Below are positions 19,959 through 33,200 of a stretch of 64,000 bases of DNA, piece by piece. Positions within the stretch are counted from its first letter, which is position 1, and every line of letters begins with the position of its first letter. The stretch is from contig CM082588.2 in NCBI GenBank assembly GCA_040954595.2, forward strand, positions 7,341,947 through 7,405,946, given 5' to 3'. The notes beneath the pieces were generated by a model, which searched no databases, had not been told where the DNA came from, and saw only the letters and a program-made list of their open reading frames with translations. Both the position numbers and the translations under genes were made by a program. This DNA comes from Balanoglossus misakiensis (Eukaryota; Animalia; Hemichordata).

Positions 19959-22900
19959 ATGGCAAAGGTGAAGAATCGTTTGTTGGTTGTCGGAGAGGAG
20001 TGGTGGCCGAGAAGTCGCAATATTGCAACATGTCTTACTGAGAGACAATTGGCCATCGATCATGTTGATGGAAACAACCAGGTTTACTTCATGGCGTTAC
20101 AGGCTTCTGACAAAGAAGTTGAAGAAGCAAGGCGTCATGGAGTGGAGCTGATTCTCCCAATCAAAGAGGGGAAGCCGACAAGTGATTGGTTAATTTTACA
20201 CGAACACTATTTTCAACAGTTAAAGAAATATCGCCCAATTACGACCATATACGGTACTGCTTGTAAGGATGGAACTGCCAGTACAGCAAGGAGTATTCAA
20301 GCGAATGTTTTCCCATCTGCGGACTTCGTTCCTGTCTATTCTGACATACCGGATAACATGAACCTCGGTCCTTCAGAATTGGCTGCTAAAGATGATGAAA
20401 TGATGCAATATGCAGAGACGTCCTCTGTCATTATATCTGTTGGACCAACAGTACACGAGGAATTGAAGATGAAGATTCGAGCTCTGCTAGACTCACAAGT
20501 GGAGAATGTTCTGTACATCCCTTGGATGAAGAAAGATGTAGACGAGATTTCGCTCAACAAAAGAGACTTAAGTAAGACTATTGAAGTCTTATCTGTGCAT
20601 ACGATTTCAAACCTACAAGATCTGGAGGAATTCGAAGCAGCAGCTCGTGGCATGGAGAAAGTAGCTAAGATTTACAGTTATTTTCACAGAGAAATAAAGT
20701 GGAAGTTCAAAGGACTGTTAGTGTCTACACCATGTAAGAAGATTCAGCAGCAGCTGGAGACGATGGCGAAGTCAGATTGGTTAGTCATCAATTTATACCC
20801 AAACGACACATCGATAGACCAGTTAAAGAAAGATTTGAGGCAGTGTGACATCCTGGTAAACTTCACAACTAAAGGCGACCCATTTGGTGTGATTGGTCTT
20901 CTATCCTGCGCTGCTGGTGTGCCCACTGTACAGCCAAGGCAATCGGGTCTTGCAAACTTCACAAAAGAACACTTCCCCTTATTTGGTGTACCATACTGTG
21001 ACGTGGGACCAAAGGAAAATGTTGACAGCGGAAGTGAAAAGTGGGCACGTGCTATCATGGAGATTCTGAGTGAATATGGTCGCGCCAAGAAAACATCACA
21101 GGAATTGCAGTCAGCACTCCACAAATCGGCAGAGGATGGTGTTATATCTGACAACCAAACGAAACTCATGGGTTGTGTTGCTTGTCCTGGGGATTGTGTC
21201 GATCCTGTAGAAGAGCCCCCCAAAGGTAAATACAATGCAATAAATAGATAGAAGGGTAACAGATAACAGAATCACGTGTTGCCAGTTAACGGCTACGCAA
21301 AATATCTTCGTTAAAGAGAATCAAAACAGTGTAATAAATGATGGTCAGCTTAAGAATTAAAACAGCTGTTGAGTGAATTGATATTCTGTTTTATTAATTA
21401 AATTACAGCTAAAATCAAATTTTGTAAGTTGTAGTATTTTTATTATGCGCTAGGTAAGGAGGAAACACTTAAAGACCAACAACCCAAGAATTCTGGTGGC
21501 AGCCAAGCAGAAAAGCAAGTCCAAGATGTCCCTAGCAACAACGGGTCCAAAAATGGTGATCTGAATAATGGTGAAGGTGGCCAGCAAAATCCTGACAGTG
21601 GACAGACGCATGAAGTTCAACACACTCTCAACTCGAATCTGGGTAAGGGTGCTGATTGGGTACATTTGTGCGCCTAGTGAAAATTACTTGTCTGTCATTA
21701 TAAAACAATATTCATACAATATTCGAACTGAAAACCAAATAAAATGGTTCACGTGGCCCCAGCACAGAAGCTAACGCACGGAACTATAGTTGCTCACATT
21801 CACTCGTCCCTGTATACTGGTTATTGTATCGTTCGTCAAATAATTGGATGATGCATTTGCCAATATATGATGTAGAATACAATTGTGTAATGAAACAAAA
21901 TGAGGTTTGAATTAAGAACATATTTGTACTCGAGGATGTCTCTCCACATGTTTAGCAATGGAAACGTTCGTTTATGCGTTTGTTTTGTGTTTTTGTTTGT
22001 TTGTTTGTTTGTTTGTTTGTTTGTTTGTTTGTGTTTGTTTGTTTGTTTGCTTGCTTGTTTGTTTGTTTGTTTGTTTGTTTGTTTGTATTGTCTGTCTGGT
22101 GTCTGTGTGTTGTGTTTAGATCAAGTGAATAGGGACTCGCTTAATTCTTATCTGGGCAATTAAAATATCCATTGCGGATGTGGATTTAATCAGTGAAATT
22201 GTGTGATAGGTCTTGCTTCGAATCCTGTACAACACATGTCAATTCTAATACAATGTACTCATTGTATGTTATTTCAGGGAAAATCGTAGTCAAGCTTAAG
22301 GTGTCCGGTCCACCCTTGACTCCAGACCAGGTTGAACTCATCGAAAACGAGATAATCAACAACAGCAGCTCTGAAAACGATTTACCAAAAGTCAAAGAGC
22401 ATCTCAACAGTGTTGGAAACATACAAATTGAAGAAATCAAGCGGGGCAGTCTGAATGTTGTATTGGCATGCCAGACATCAAAGTCAGTGGAGAGACTATG
22501 GCGTGACTACAGGCAAGGGATACTGGGAGATCTGTTTAAGGCGGACATGATCACACCCGAATTGCTCCACAAACTCAATGTATCTGACGTTCACCTGAAG
22601 ACAACCATAGAGACATGGAGATATCAACTATGTCTGGCAGAATTGAAGTACTTCAAGGAAGGTAAGTCTAATATTTTAACAATGTGGTTATTGTTGCCGA
22701 ACATTGTGTATTCGTTTGAATTGAAGGATTTTACCTGAAACCTTTGGTATATTTCCATTTCCAGACTCGTGTCTGTGATGTGTCTTTGTCAAACTTTCTA
22801 TTTGTACACCAACGTTCTTATGGATCATTGTCAAAATTGCAAATGCGTTCAACGATATATGTCATGACGATTTCGTCACTTTAATTATTATAGGCTATGT

Positions 22901-25900
22901 ACCGGAAGTGAAATCTTCTGAGGTCTGTGGTTTGTGTGGAGAAAAGTGTACAGAACTTGGAGAGATGTTGACTAAACAAGGTACAGTAATTACTATTTAT
23001 GGATGACAGCATTTGGCAAGAATTATTTTTCAAGTTGAGTATTTCTATGACTGCTTTTGTTTCTAGCTGGCAGGCCATGAGTTTGAAGATTTTTTTTCAT
23101 TAGCACTTAAGAATTCAACCAGAAGAAAAAATACTGTTGAAAAATACTCTTTTATGAGAATGCATATCATTTATTGAGACTTTCTCTGCGTCGTTTGTGA
23201 ATGTAGATGACAAGAGCGCGGTTGTTGCCGTGGAGACTGACAGGTCTGTCTATGCCACACGCCAAAACAGAATCGGTTTATCAAAACTACTTGGTGGTTC
23301 CGGCACTTTGGAAGCTGAGATAGATGTTGATGTGGGAGACACACAGACACCAATCGTCCTGATGATAAGAATACAGCGCCCTCTACAGTTGTCTTCGTTG
23401 TTGGATGAACGGCCAGAAGTTCTTGGTGTCCTGGGAATCAGACGGTGTTTGATTTTGGATAGTCAACAGTTGTCTTCAATCACCTTACCAGAGGGAGAGA
23501 CATTCAGATATGATAGAGAAGGTTAGTGTTCACAAACATTCCTTTTAACAGAAAAATCGTAGTGCAGGGAGTTTGGTCAAACAATACTCTATTCAACTAC
23601 ATTGTAATCAAAACAAATAAGCTTGCTGCTGTAATTGTTCTAAAGGGGTTTGATTTTAAAGGTAGGTCTGTACTATTCTCCCATTGATTTGCACATCGAG
23701 CATAAACTAAAAAAGATAGAGCCCATTTATTTGCATTCCACGGCCCCCGACACAATTGCAAAGGGGGTTAAATCGTATCGATCATATATAACATTTTGCT
23801 AACAATGTTGAATCACATTTTCATCAGAACTGAAGAGACTTGTCAATCAAGATGGCGTCAACATCTTGAACACTGGCACCAAAGAATCGGACAAGATTCT
23901 GGCGGAATCTATTTCAAAAGAAGGAGCTGCTCGTGTTTTGGAACCAATCTCGACAGACAACTATCTCTCTGTCATCACTTCGCTCTTTAACGAAATCAAG
24001 GAGATAAGACAACTACTACAATCCAAGAAGATGGAATATACAATCCTTAAGGGGAAAAGTGAAGAAAGTGAGCAGTCACGTGAGCTTCTGAAGAAAATGA
24101 TGGAAAGTAGTGAAACTCAAAGTTCCAAACTACTCACGACAAATACCAAGCTGAAAGACAACGTCCGACAGTTACGTCAGACGATCGATGAACTTCAGGA
24201 AACGAAAACTGCAACTGCGCCACCTGTAGACAAGAACATCGAAGGTAATGCAGTTATCTGCAACATATCTATCCATCCGTTGTATCATCTCCTCCAAATA
24301 AACAAAATATGCTCCCAACAAGTTCAATTATAGGCCGTATTTATTCTCTATTACAATCTTGTGTCCAGGAGCAAAAGTGAATTTCAGAGTTCGGTCTGAA
24401 AATCTCCCCCTTCTTTCCCGCAATTGACATTCCTTGCAAAATCATTATACATGTTCCGGCATTTTTATTTTACAACAAAATTTTTAGTTTGCGTCACTTT
24501 CAACTGATTTTCCCAAGGGAATATCGTTTCAATAAACTCGATCAATATTGACGCCGGATATTTTGGTTGTTTTAGTTTCTTTTGGGAGACACTTTACGCT
24601 CTGGCGCTTACTAATATTTCATTCACTCAACTCAACTCTCTCCCAAAATGTTGGAATACCATAATAAAAAAGCCCCTTTTTTAATGGAGCAATCTCAATT
24701 TAAAATTAAAATCATGAAATCAGTTTATAACCCAAATTGTTTTTACTATTCAATAGAATTTTCGTTTACACACAAAATGGAATTGAAGCATACAGCAAAG
24801 TCCTATGAAGAAATACTGAAGAGGTTTCCCTGCCACTTTACCTGGAAACTCGAAGAATTTTGTGATCATAGTTTAGAGGTGAGGACATTTATTTGCGTAT
24901 TTGAAGTACAGGTTTGTGAAATTTTAAAGCGTTTCATAACAGCTGTATCTGACTTGATGGAATTTCACAAAATTAAACACGGAAATGTTTGTCGAACTCC
25001 TATTCCACTCAGATGTTAATAATGACAGAAACTGTAACATAAGAAGCAACATGCTGAATATCCAGTTTTCGCATCATTTTAAAAAAATTGTCAATCATTT
25101 GTTGGCAAGTGAGTTAATGAGACCACCCTAGAGTTTTCTTCATCAATTAAATCTTCTTATCTCATTTAAATCATGCGTCTGATGTTTTCACAGACAGGTA
25201 TTTTATTAATTGGAAGGTGGCTAAAAACGATAAATCAGTAGCTTAGACGATCTCTCGATTTCGCCTTATAAGAGCTATGTTCGGGCCTATACCCCACTGA
25301 CACATAAAGAGATTTCTTTATCTGTTTATGTGTCAGTGGGGTATAGGCCCGAACATAGTGTGAGCGCTCGTATGATGTGAAATCGGGAGATCTTATCATT
25401 TTTAGCTACCTTAATTACAATCAATAAAATACCAACATAGCATCTGTACAAGCACCTGTATTTTCACATGACACTGTAACATGCCTTTCCATGTACTGTA
25501 GCTCTTACAGAGTGATTTGGACAACACCCTTAAATATCACAACCAGGAGTTCTCTCCAGTTCCCCATAAAGCAATGAAAGGTTACCTGTACATGTCCAAA
25601 CTGAGATCAGAAGACAAGAGAGATCCAAGTGTCGCTTTGAAGTGGTTTGATGACGCCCTCACCGACAACCAGAAAGAACTCGACAGCTGTGATGGTGACG
25701 ACGATGGTCCACTTGGTGATAAGTTGGTTCTTCTTGCAGATAAAGCATGGGTTCATTTCATGTCGGGTGAGATGGAGAGAGTTGATGAAACGCTTAAGTT
25801 GATAGCAACTTTGTCACTTGATAAATTGTCAGGGAAACAGAAAGCGTATGTATATGCTCACAAGGGTATCTCTCTGACTTATTTTGTCAAGAAAATGTGT

Positions 25901-26713
25901 GATGAGGGAGTTGATAGCTTTGATCGTGCTTTAGTAGAACTTCCAGAACAAACAGATTGGCTGTTTTGGCAAGCATTCTCTCTTTCACGAAAACGTGTTC
26001 GTGTCTGTATAGATTCAAAATGTCAGGAAGCTTTACAAATAATGGCACAAGAAAGAAATTTGCTTGAGAGAGTTCTTAAGAAAAATGCCCATCACGGCAA
26101 TGCTTTAGCACTTTTAAGTGACCTGTCACTCAATGAAGGTCGCTATGAAGAAGCAGGTCAACTCATCCAGAAAGCACCCGAATTAACCCCTTTATCCCAT
26201 TTCACGGTGGAGTATGCACGTCGTTATTACTGCCACAGCAATGTTGGAGACTTCGAGAAAGCACTGCAAGTTATTCACAATGCTGCGGCACAAGATCCAG
26301 ACAATCCATTTCTCGCGTTTAACCTAGGAGTCACATACGCGACCAAATACGAACACAATCCGATAGAAAGCAATCGTCAGTGCCTGCTAAAAGCCATAGA
26401 GTGTCTCGACAAAGCAGTTGCATATGCAGGTGGTTTGTATCCCTTTGCTTCTATCTTGAAGGCCGCTGCCCTCGCATACTTGAAACAGTACAGTGATGCA
26501 TGTGAAATATATACCCATCTGATCAGCACCCTCTCTGACCCATATCACATAATATGGGCATGTTATAATCTTGCCCTCGATTACCAAGAACAAGATGACT
26601 CTGCCAATGCACTGAAATACCTAAACATAACAGAAGCCTGTGGTCAGGAGTATTGCTGGGGCAAGCATGCACTGGAGTACAAAGCAAGCTTATCTGAACA
26701 GAAAAAGAACTAA
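19959..26713 (+). CDS. Copy 2: GT4-like / TRADD-N-like / coiled-coil / IFIT-like TPR multidomain protein (~1330 aa)
   Basis: Exons 19959-21225, 21454-21642, 22278-22661, 22894-22980, 23207-23521, 23828-24244, 24757-24878, 25502-26713; all GT-AG, in frame (3993 nt). Confidence 0.85.
21980..22086. repeat. (TTTG)n microsatellite
   Basis: Expanded relative to the paralogous tracts at ~9858-9877 and ~41349-41394. Confidence 0.9.
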
Positions 26714-29376
26714 TTTAACTTGTAATCAGCAGTAAAAAAAATCAATAATTAGAAAGTGACGAAATAAATAATCTAGGGATACCAAAAAAGAACGATTTCC
26801 TGGGAGCCTCAAGCAAGTTAACCAACTACAGGCCTCCTGCAAAATAAATGTCATTTCAGGAATTTTGTCTAATATTGTTTGTCCATAGTAATAATATGTT
26901 CATCATGAATTTTGTACGTTCCAATCAACCGAAACCCACCCTTCAAAGGTTGAAAGTTCACAATAATGTACACGTTCATGTGTGGCTTTGAGTATAGCTG
27001 GGGAAAGTGGCTTGGTCAGTCAAATTTGTGAGCATACATCATTTTGAATCAACAATGGAGGGATGTGTCGTTACCGTGTGTTTTAAGAATTATTTGTAAC
27101 GATCTTGTGATTGATTCCATCACATTTCAACCAACTACATACACTGCAGTGAAAATTCTTATTTTAGAAATGTTTCCTGAAATGTTCATTCTGACCGTTA
27201 GCAACGTTTTGGAGTTGTCTTGGAAACCGGCAATTCTAGCTGTCAATATTTCCAAGCGTTATATATATATTATTTACACTTTATTTGGCTTTCCCTATAA
27301 CACAAGTAAATATTGTGTGTGTGGATATATACACTGTGTGTCATATAACCACGTGTGTGCTCTACAGTAGATGAATTTGAATAGGTTTTTGTGTTTACAC
27401 AGTTCGTTACTTTTGGATTTATTTCGACAATATGCAGATAGTTTCCTCTTGTATCAGTACGGTTGTAGAATGTGTTCAACTGTTGTTGTTGTTTTTAATT
27501 TTTAGAATGAAGCAATTGTTTAAACATTGCAAAACATGTACATACTTTACTTTGAAAAACTCATTTTGTCACAGAAAGCTTTCATTTTTAGCAAAATGTA
27601 AGAACCAAGAGATGACAAAATGTATCACAGCTCATTTGTAAGGAAAGCTGTGTCCACTCTTGTTGAGTTTGGGTACAGGAGAAAATAGCGCCCTCTGCAG
27701 ATTCACATACTCTTCTTGTAAGCCCTTACTGTTCTTTGCCATGTTGTACATTTTTCTATCCACATGCTATAGACCAACGAACGATCGGTGGTTTACAATT
27801 CAGTGAGTGTATTTCGATGGCTGGCGGTATTTGGGATTTTCAAGTTTGAAAAGATAATCAATGACACGCAAGTGTAAAGTTTGTGATCAGTCATACCCAT
27901 TGTACCATACTACTAGTATTTGAACATTTCAGATAACTAAAGAATGTGATGTGTGACATATTGAGTTTTCCGTGTGACATATCATAGCTACCATCAGCAG
28001 TTTTCTTGTGGTGTAAACTATAGTGTCACAGTACCAATTTGTTGATTGCCTGTTTTGACGACAGTTTTATATGATTGGTTTTCAGAGTAAATATCTTGAT
28101 TGTCATTGGTTCATTTTGAGGTTTGGTGCAGTGTGTGTTGTCTTATTTCTTTTGTCACGTTTATTGTATTGCAATTATTTGCATAGAAACTTTCATGTTA
28201 CTCAAGATGTCCAGTTAGGACAATAAAAAAATAAATGTGAACTTCTTCTATATAGTGGTAAAACATTCAGGGTGATCTATGGCGAAATTGTTGACTTTTC
28301 TTTCATACAGTGATGTACTTTGAAAACAAATACATGTACAATGTAATGTAATTTTCATATCACGCCATTTCTTGTACAGTCATAAGATTATGCGCTTATG
28401 TGATGATATTTGTAAAATTCAATGGCACAGAATAGAAAACGTTCTGCTCTGATGTCAAATTGATTGAGATTTTGTAAACAAAACTGTGCAACAGAATCAA
28501 TGTTGAGGTAAACATATAATAGCAAGTTGGTTTTATGATCAAAGCTTTTATTTCATCTAGCTGTGGTCTATAACGTTTGCCCATCTTGTTATTTTTCTTG
28601 TATATATCAAAAGCAGCTTCTTGTTGAAGTTCCTTGCCATATGATGAAATCCTTAGTATCAGGTTTATCAATACAGCCTGTTTTAGTAAAACAAACATCG
28701 TTTATGATTTTTAGTAAAATAAATATCGTTGGTCGCGATTAAAATGTCACGACCACTATTTTGCACAAAGCGTTATGTTTTAAATTTATTCAATTAGTTC
28801 ATGTATTGAATCGATCTAGGCCCCTATAGGCCTACTGCACGTGAAATGTCCCACCAAAAGACGTATTAAACAGTGATCATAATTCATGCAGAGTTGCATA
28901 TAGATTTTGTATCATCTCTCCTTATTTGGAGATTCACAATGAATAGGAGACAATCAGGGAAACGCAGGGTCGACGTCCACCAGCTCTACCTTGCCCCCCC
29001 CACCCCTCCATGTCCGAGTCGCTTGTTGTAAAAAAGGCTTCAAACATAGACACCCCCCCCCCCCCACGTGCCCTGTCACGAATGACCTGGCAACCAGCCT
29101 CGTTTTGGCCAAACTGGGCTAGGCACCAATATGGCGTCGCTAAAGCTATTATCATGATTATGGCTGTTAAACTGTTCTTTTCCGCAATCTGTACGAGTCA
29201 ACAACACGGTAAATGTTCACCTGTGAATCACATTTCTCGCGTCCACTTGATGTGACTGACACTCTTGGGCACATTTAATCACAAAGGGAGGACGTCACAT
29301 TAAACCGAATCGCGATTCTGTGCAAATCGACAGGTAAGTAACCGACAGGTAGTGTACACTTTCTTTGACCTGGACC

Positions 29377-29467
29377 TAGCTGTGGAAACGCAGCTGTTCC
29401 GCCGGGGGGGGGGGGGGAGGAGATTGGGGAAAATAACACCCCCCCCCCCTCCCGGGCGGAACAGCTA
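29377..29467. mobile_element. 91-bp micro-MITE with TAGC...GCTA termini and 9-bp TSD
   Basis: acctggacc|tagctgt...agctgttccgccggg...cccgggcggaacagcta|acctggacc. Confidence 0.75.
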
Positions 29468-30298
29468 ACCTGGACCATGAGACGCCAAAAGAGAAACTAA
29501 ACTTTTAAGGCCAGGCCGTTCACAATCTCAAAGTGGGGAGAGTGCAATATGATTTCAGTACAGAAAATGTAGCTGCCATGTGTATCAACTGACTTCAAGA
29601 AAATACATTTCAAATGGTTGGGTAAACGTTAACAGGTAATGGTATACTGGGTCACTTAGTGCTCTGTCATTTTGTTTACTCTAGTTTGAAATGTGGAATT
29701 AGAAGTTTAAGGTCGTTTAAGACTTGTAGAAAGTGATATAATTTTGTGATTCCTCGTGAGTAACGTGATATGCACAGTTTTGTTCTGTTTGTGGGAGATT
29801 GGTCTGAACTCAGTTGACCTTTTGAATCAATATATTTGACGTCAATTTTGTTGTACACACTGTGAATTTATTGACAGAATTTCGAGCAATGCTACTAATG
29901 TAATACTAATGACCTTGGAACTGAGTCTTCCATAAATGTTCGCATTCTTTACTATTTGACAGTCGAGTGTTGGACTTCTTTTTCACTTCACATTCTTTCA
30001 CTTTTGGAATGCCACAATTGAGGGAGAAACCCTTTGTGTATATCGCTGACCTCTTTCTGGTTGTTTGCACAGGAGGTCGATGACGCATTGTCGCTTAGGG
30101 GGTGGTGGCCTAGAATGAACCAGAGTATGGATTTGATATATACTGTGTTCGGCCTAATAGTTTGCTGCACTTATGAAATAAAAGGACCTTACCCTAAAAA
30201 TGCAATAAAAGGTTTATCAACGGTTTTCTGTAATATTGAATCTCCTTAATAACATATTAAAAGTCTACCAAAATCTGAGGAACAGAAATGTTTCATTT

Positions 30299-33200
30299 TT
30301 AGGGTTTCGAGACCAGAGGGGTCTCGAAACCCTCTTGAAATCGTGTTGTTAGGGTTTCGAGACCAGAGGGGTCTCGAAACCCTCTTGAAATCGTGTTGTT
30401 TTTTATTATTATTATTAGGGTTTCGAGACCAGAGGGGTCTCGAAACCCTCTTGAAATCGTGTTGTTTTTTATTATTATTATTATTATTCTTCTTCCCACT
30501 TTTAAAAACAGCCGCTATTCGAAGACCGTTGCACCCAATGACTTGAAATTTGGCTCATAGGTAAAACTCAAAGCAAGTAATTTTTTGATCATGTCACTAT
30601 GGCAACAGGTCACATGACCTGGCAGCCATCTTGGATTTAAACTTTTAAATTGGTCTAATTTGCATAAAAAATGAAGAATCCAAATTCTGTTCAGAAACTT
30701 TGTGGACCATATGGCCAGGGTCCTATATGCCAAATTTCAATGTCTAAGTCCTTGCCGATTTTGAGGAGATGATTTTTAAAGCATTATTTTTCATATTTTC
30801 CATGACCATTGGACCCAGCCATTGGCCTATACTTTCCATGGTTAAGCAATGGCCCCCTAGGATTTTAGATTTATGCCCAATATCTCAACATCCGCTGGGC
30901 TGATCAGCTTCAAATTTTGTTTGCAGCTAGCCTACCTTCCGACAATCAGTTCCAACTGGAAAAAATAATATCGACCGATTTTTTTATATTAATTTTTTTT
31001 ATGAAATCTATACCTATACTTATTCCACTATACTTAAGCTATGGCCACATAGTTTTGTAGAATTCTGGTCGGTGCAATAGTCTGCAGCATAGGACCAAAA
31101 TAAGAAGACAAATTTAAGGCTCACCTGTGACACCTGCTCAACTCATTAATTATGTGCATACCTAATTCCAGGCAAACCAATAGGGCTACAGGTCTGGTTT
31201 TTGTCGGACATGGACCAGTATGGGGTCAAATTTTTTCCCCAAATTTTGGGTGACCTTGGGTGACCTTTGACCTACTTTCGCATATCTCAGCATCCAGAGC
31301 AGGTACAGCTCAGGTGTTTGGGTGGATGGGACCAAAATAAGAAGCCAAATTTAAGGCTCCCCTGTGACACCTGCTCAACTCATTAATTATGTGCATACCT
31401 AATTCCAGGCAAACCAACAGGGCTACAGGTCTGTTTTTTGTCGGACATGGACCAGTATGGGGTCAATTTTTTTCCCCAAATTTTGGGTGACCTTGGGTGA
31501 CCTTTGACCTACTTTCGCATTTCTCAGCATCCAGAGCAGGTACAGCTCAGGTGTTTGGGTGGATGGGACCAAAATAAGAAGCCAAATTTAAGGCTCCCCT
31601 GTGACACCTGCTCAACTCATTAATTTTGTGCATACCTAATTCCAGGCAAACCAATAGGGCTACAGGTCTGGTATTTGTCGGACATGGACCAGTATGGGGT
31701 CAAATTTTTTCCCCAAATTTTGGGTGACCTTGGGTGACCTTTGACCTACTTTCGCATATCTCAGCATCCAGAGCAGGTACAGCTCAGGTGTTTGGGTGGA
31801 TGGGACCAAAATAAGAAGCCAAATTTAAGGCTCACCTGTGACACCTGCTCAACTCATTAACTATGTGCATACCTAATTCCAGGCAAACCAATAGGGCTAC
31901 AGGTCTGGTTTTTGTCGGACATGGACCAGTATGGGGTCAATTTTTTTCCCCAAACTTTGGATGTCCTTGGGTGACCTTTGACCTACTTTCACATATCTCG
32001 GCATCCAGAGCAGGTACAGCTTAGGTGTTTGGGTGGACGGGACCAAAATAAGAAGCCAAATTTTAGAGTCACCTGTGACAACTGCCTAACTCATTAATTA
32101 TGTGCATACCTAATTCCAGGCAAACCAGTAGGCTACAGGTCTGTTTTTTGTTTGACATGGACCAGTATAGCGTCAACATTTTCTGCTCATATTAAGCGTG
32201 ACCTCACGTGACCTTTGACCTACTTTTCCACATCTCAGCATCCACAGCACATACACCCTTGGCATTTGGAGTGATAGAACAACTTATGCAGTAATTAAAT
32301 ATGCACAAATCTATCTCCAGGCGAACCAATAGGGCTAGTAGTGTCTCGAAACCCGCTTATTGCTGTTCACAGCTATATTTATTATTATTATTATTATTAT
32401 TCTTCTTCCCACTTTTAAAAACAGCCGCTATTCGAAGACCGTTGCACCCAATGACTTGAAATTTGGCTCATAGGTAAAACTCAAAGCAAGTAATTTTTTG
32501 ATCATGTCACTATGGCAACAGGTCACATGACCTGGCAGCCATCTTGGATTTAAACTTTTAAATTGGTCTAATTTGCATAAAAAATGAAGAATCCAAATTC
32601 TGTTCAGAAACTTTGTGGACCATATGGCCAGGGTCCTATATGCCAAATTTCAATGTCTAAGTCCTTGCCGATTTTGAGGAGATGATTTTTAAAGCATTAT
32701 TTTTCATATTTTCCATGACCATTGGACCCAGCCATTGGCCTATACTTTCCATGGTTAAGCAATGGCCCCCTAGGATTTTAGATTTATGCCCAATATCTCA
32801 ACATCCGCTGGGCTGATCAGCTTCAAATTTTGTGTGCAGCTAGCCTACCTTCCGACAATCAGTTCCAACTGGAAAAAATAATATGGAAAATCGACCGATT
32901 TTTTTATATTAATTTTTTTATGAAATCTATACCTATACTTATTCCACTATACTTAAGCTATGGCCACATAGTTTTGTAGAATTCTGGTCGGTGCAATAGT
33001 CTGCAGCATGGGACCAAAATAAGAAGCCACATTTAAGGCTCACCTGTGACACCTGCTCAACTCATTAATTATGTGCATACCTAATTCCAGGCAAACCAAC
33101 AGGGCTACAGGTCTGATTTTTGTCGGACATGGACCAGTATGGGGTCAAATTTTTTTCCCAAATTTTGGGTGACCTTGGGTGACCTTTGACCTACTTTCGC

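Noticed and set aside
30299-30470. Three palindromic direct repeats resembling a CRISPR array
   Set aside because: The intervening sequences are themselves repeated rather than unique spacers, the context is eukaryotic with no cas genes, and the motif matches the element's 3' subterminal repeat
30515-30733. Identical 72-aa ORF occurring three times (also 32428, 35774)
   Set aside because: Lies within the repeated non-autonomous element; no Rep/helicase or other motif
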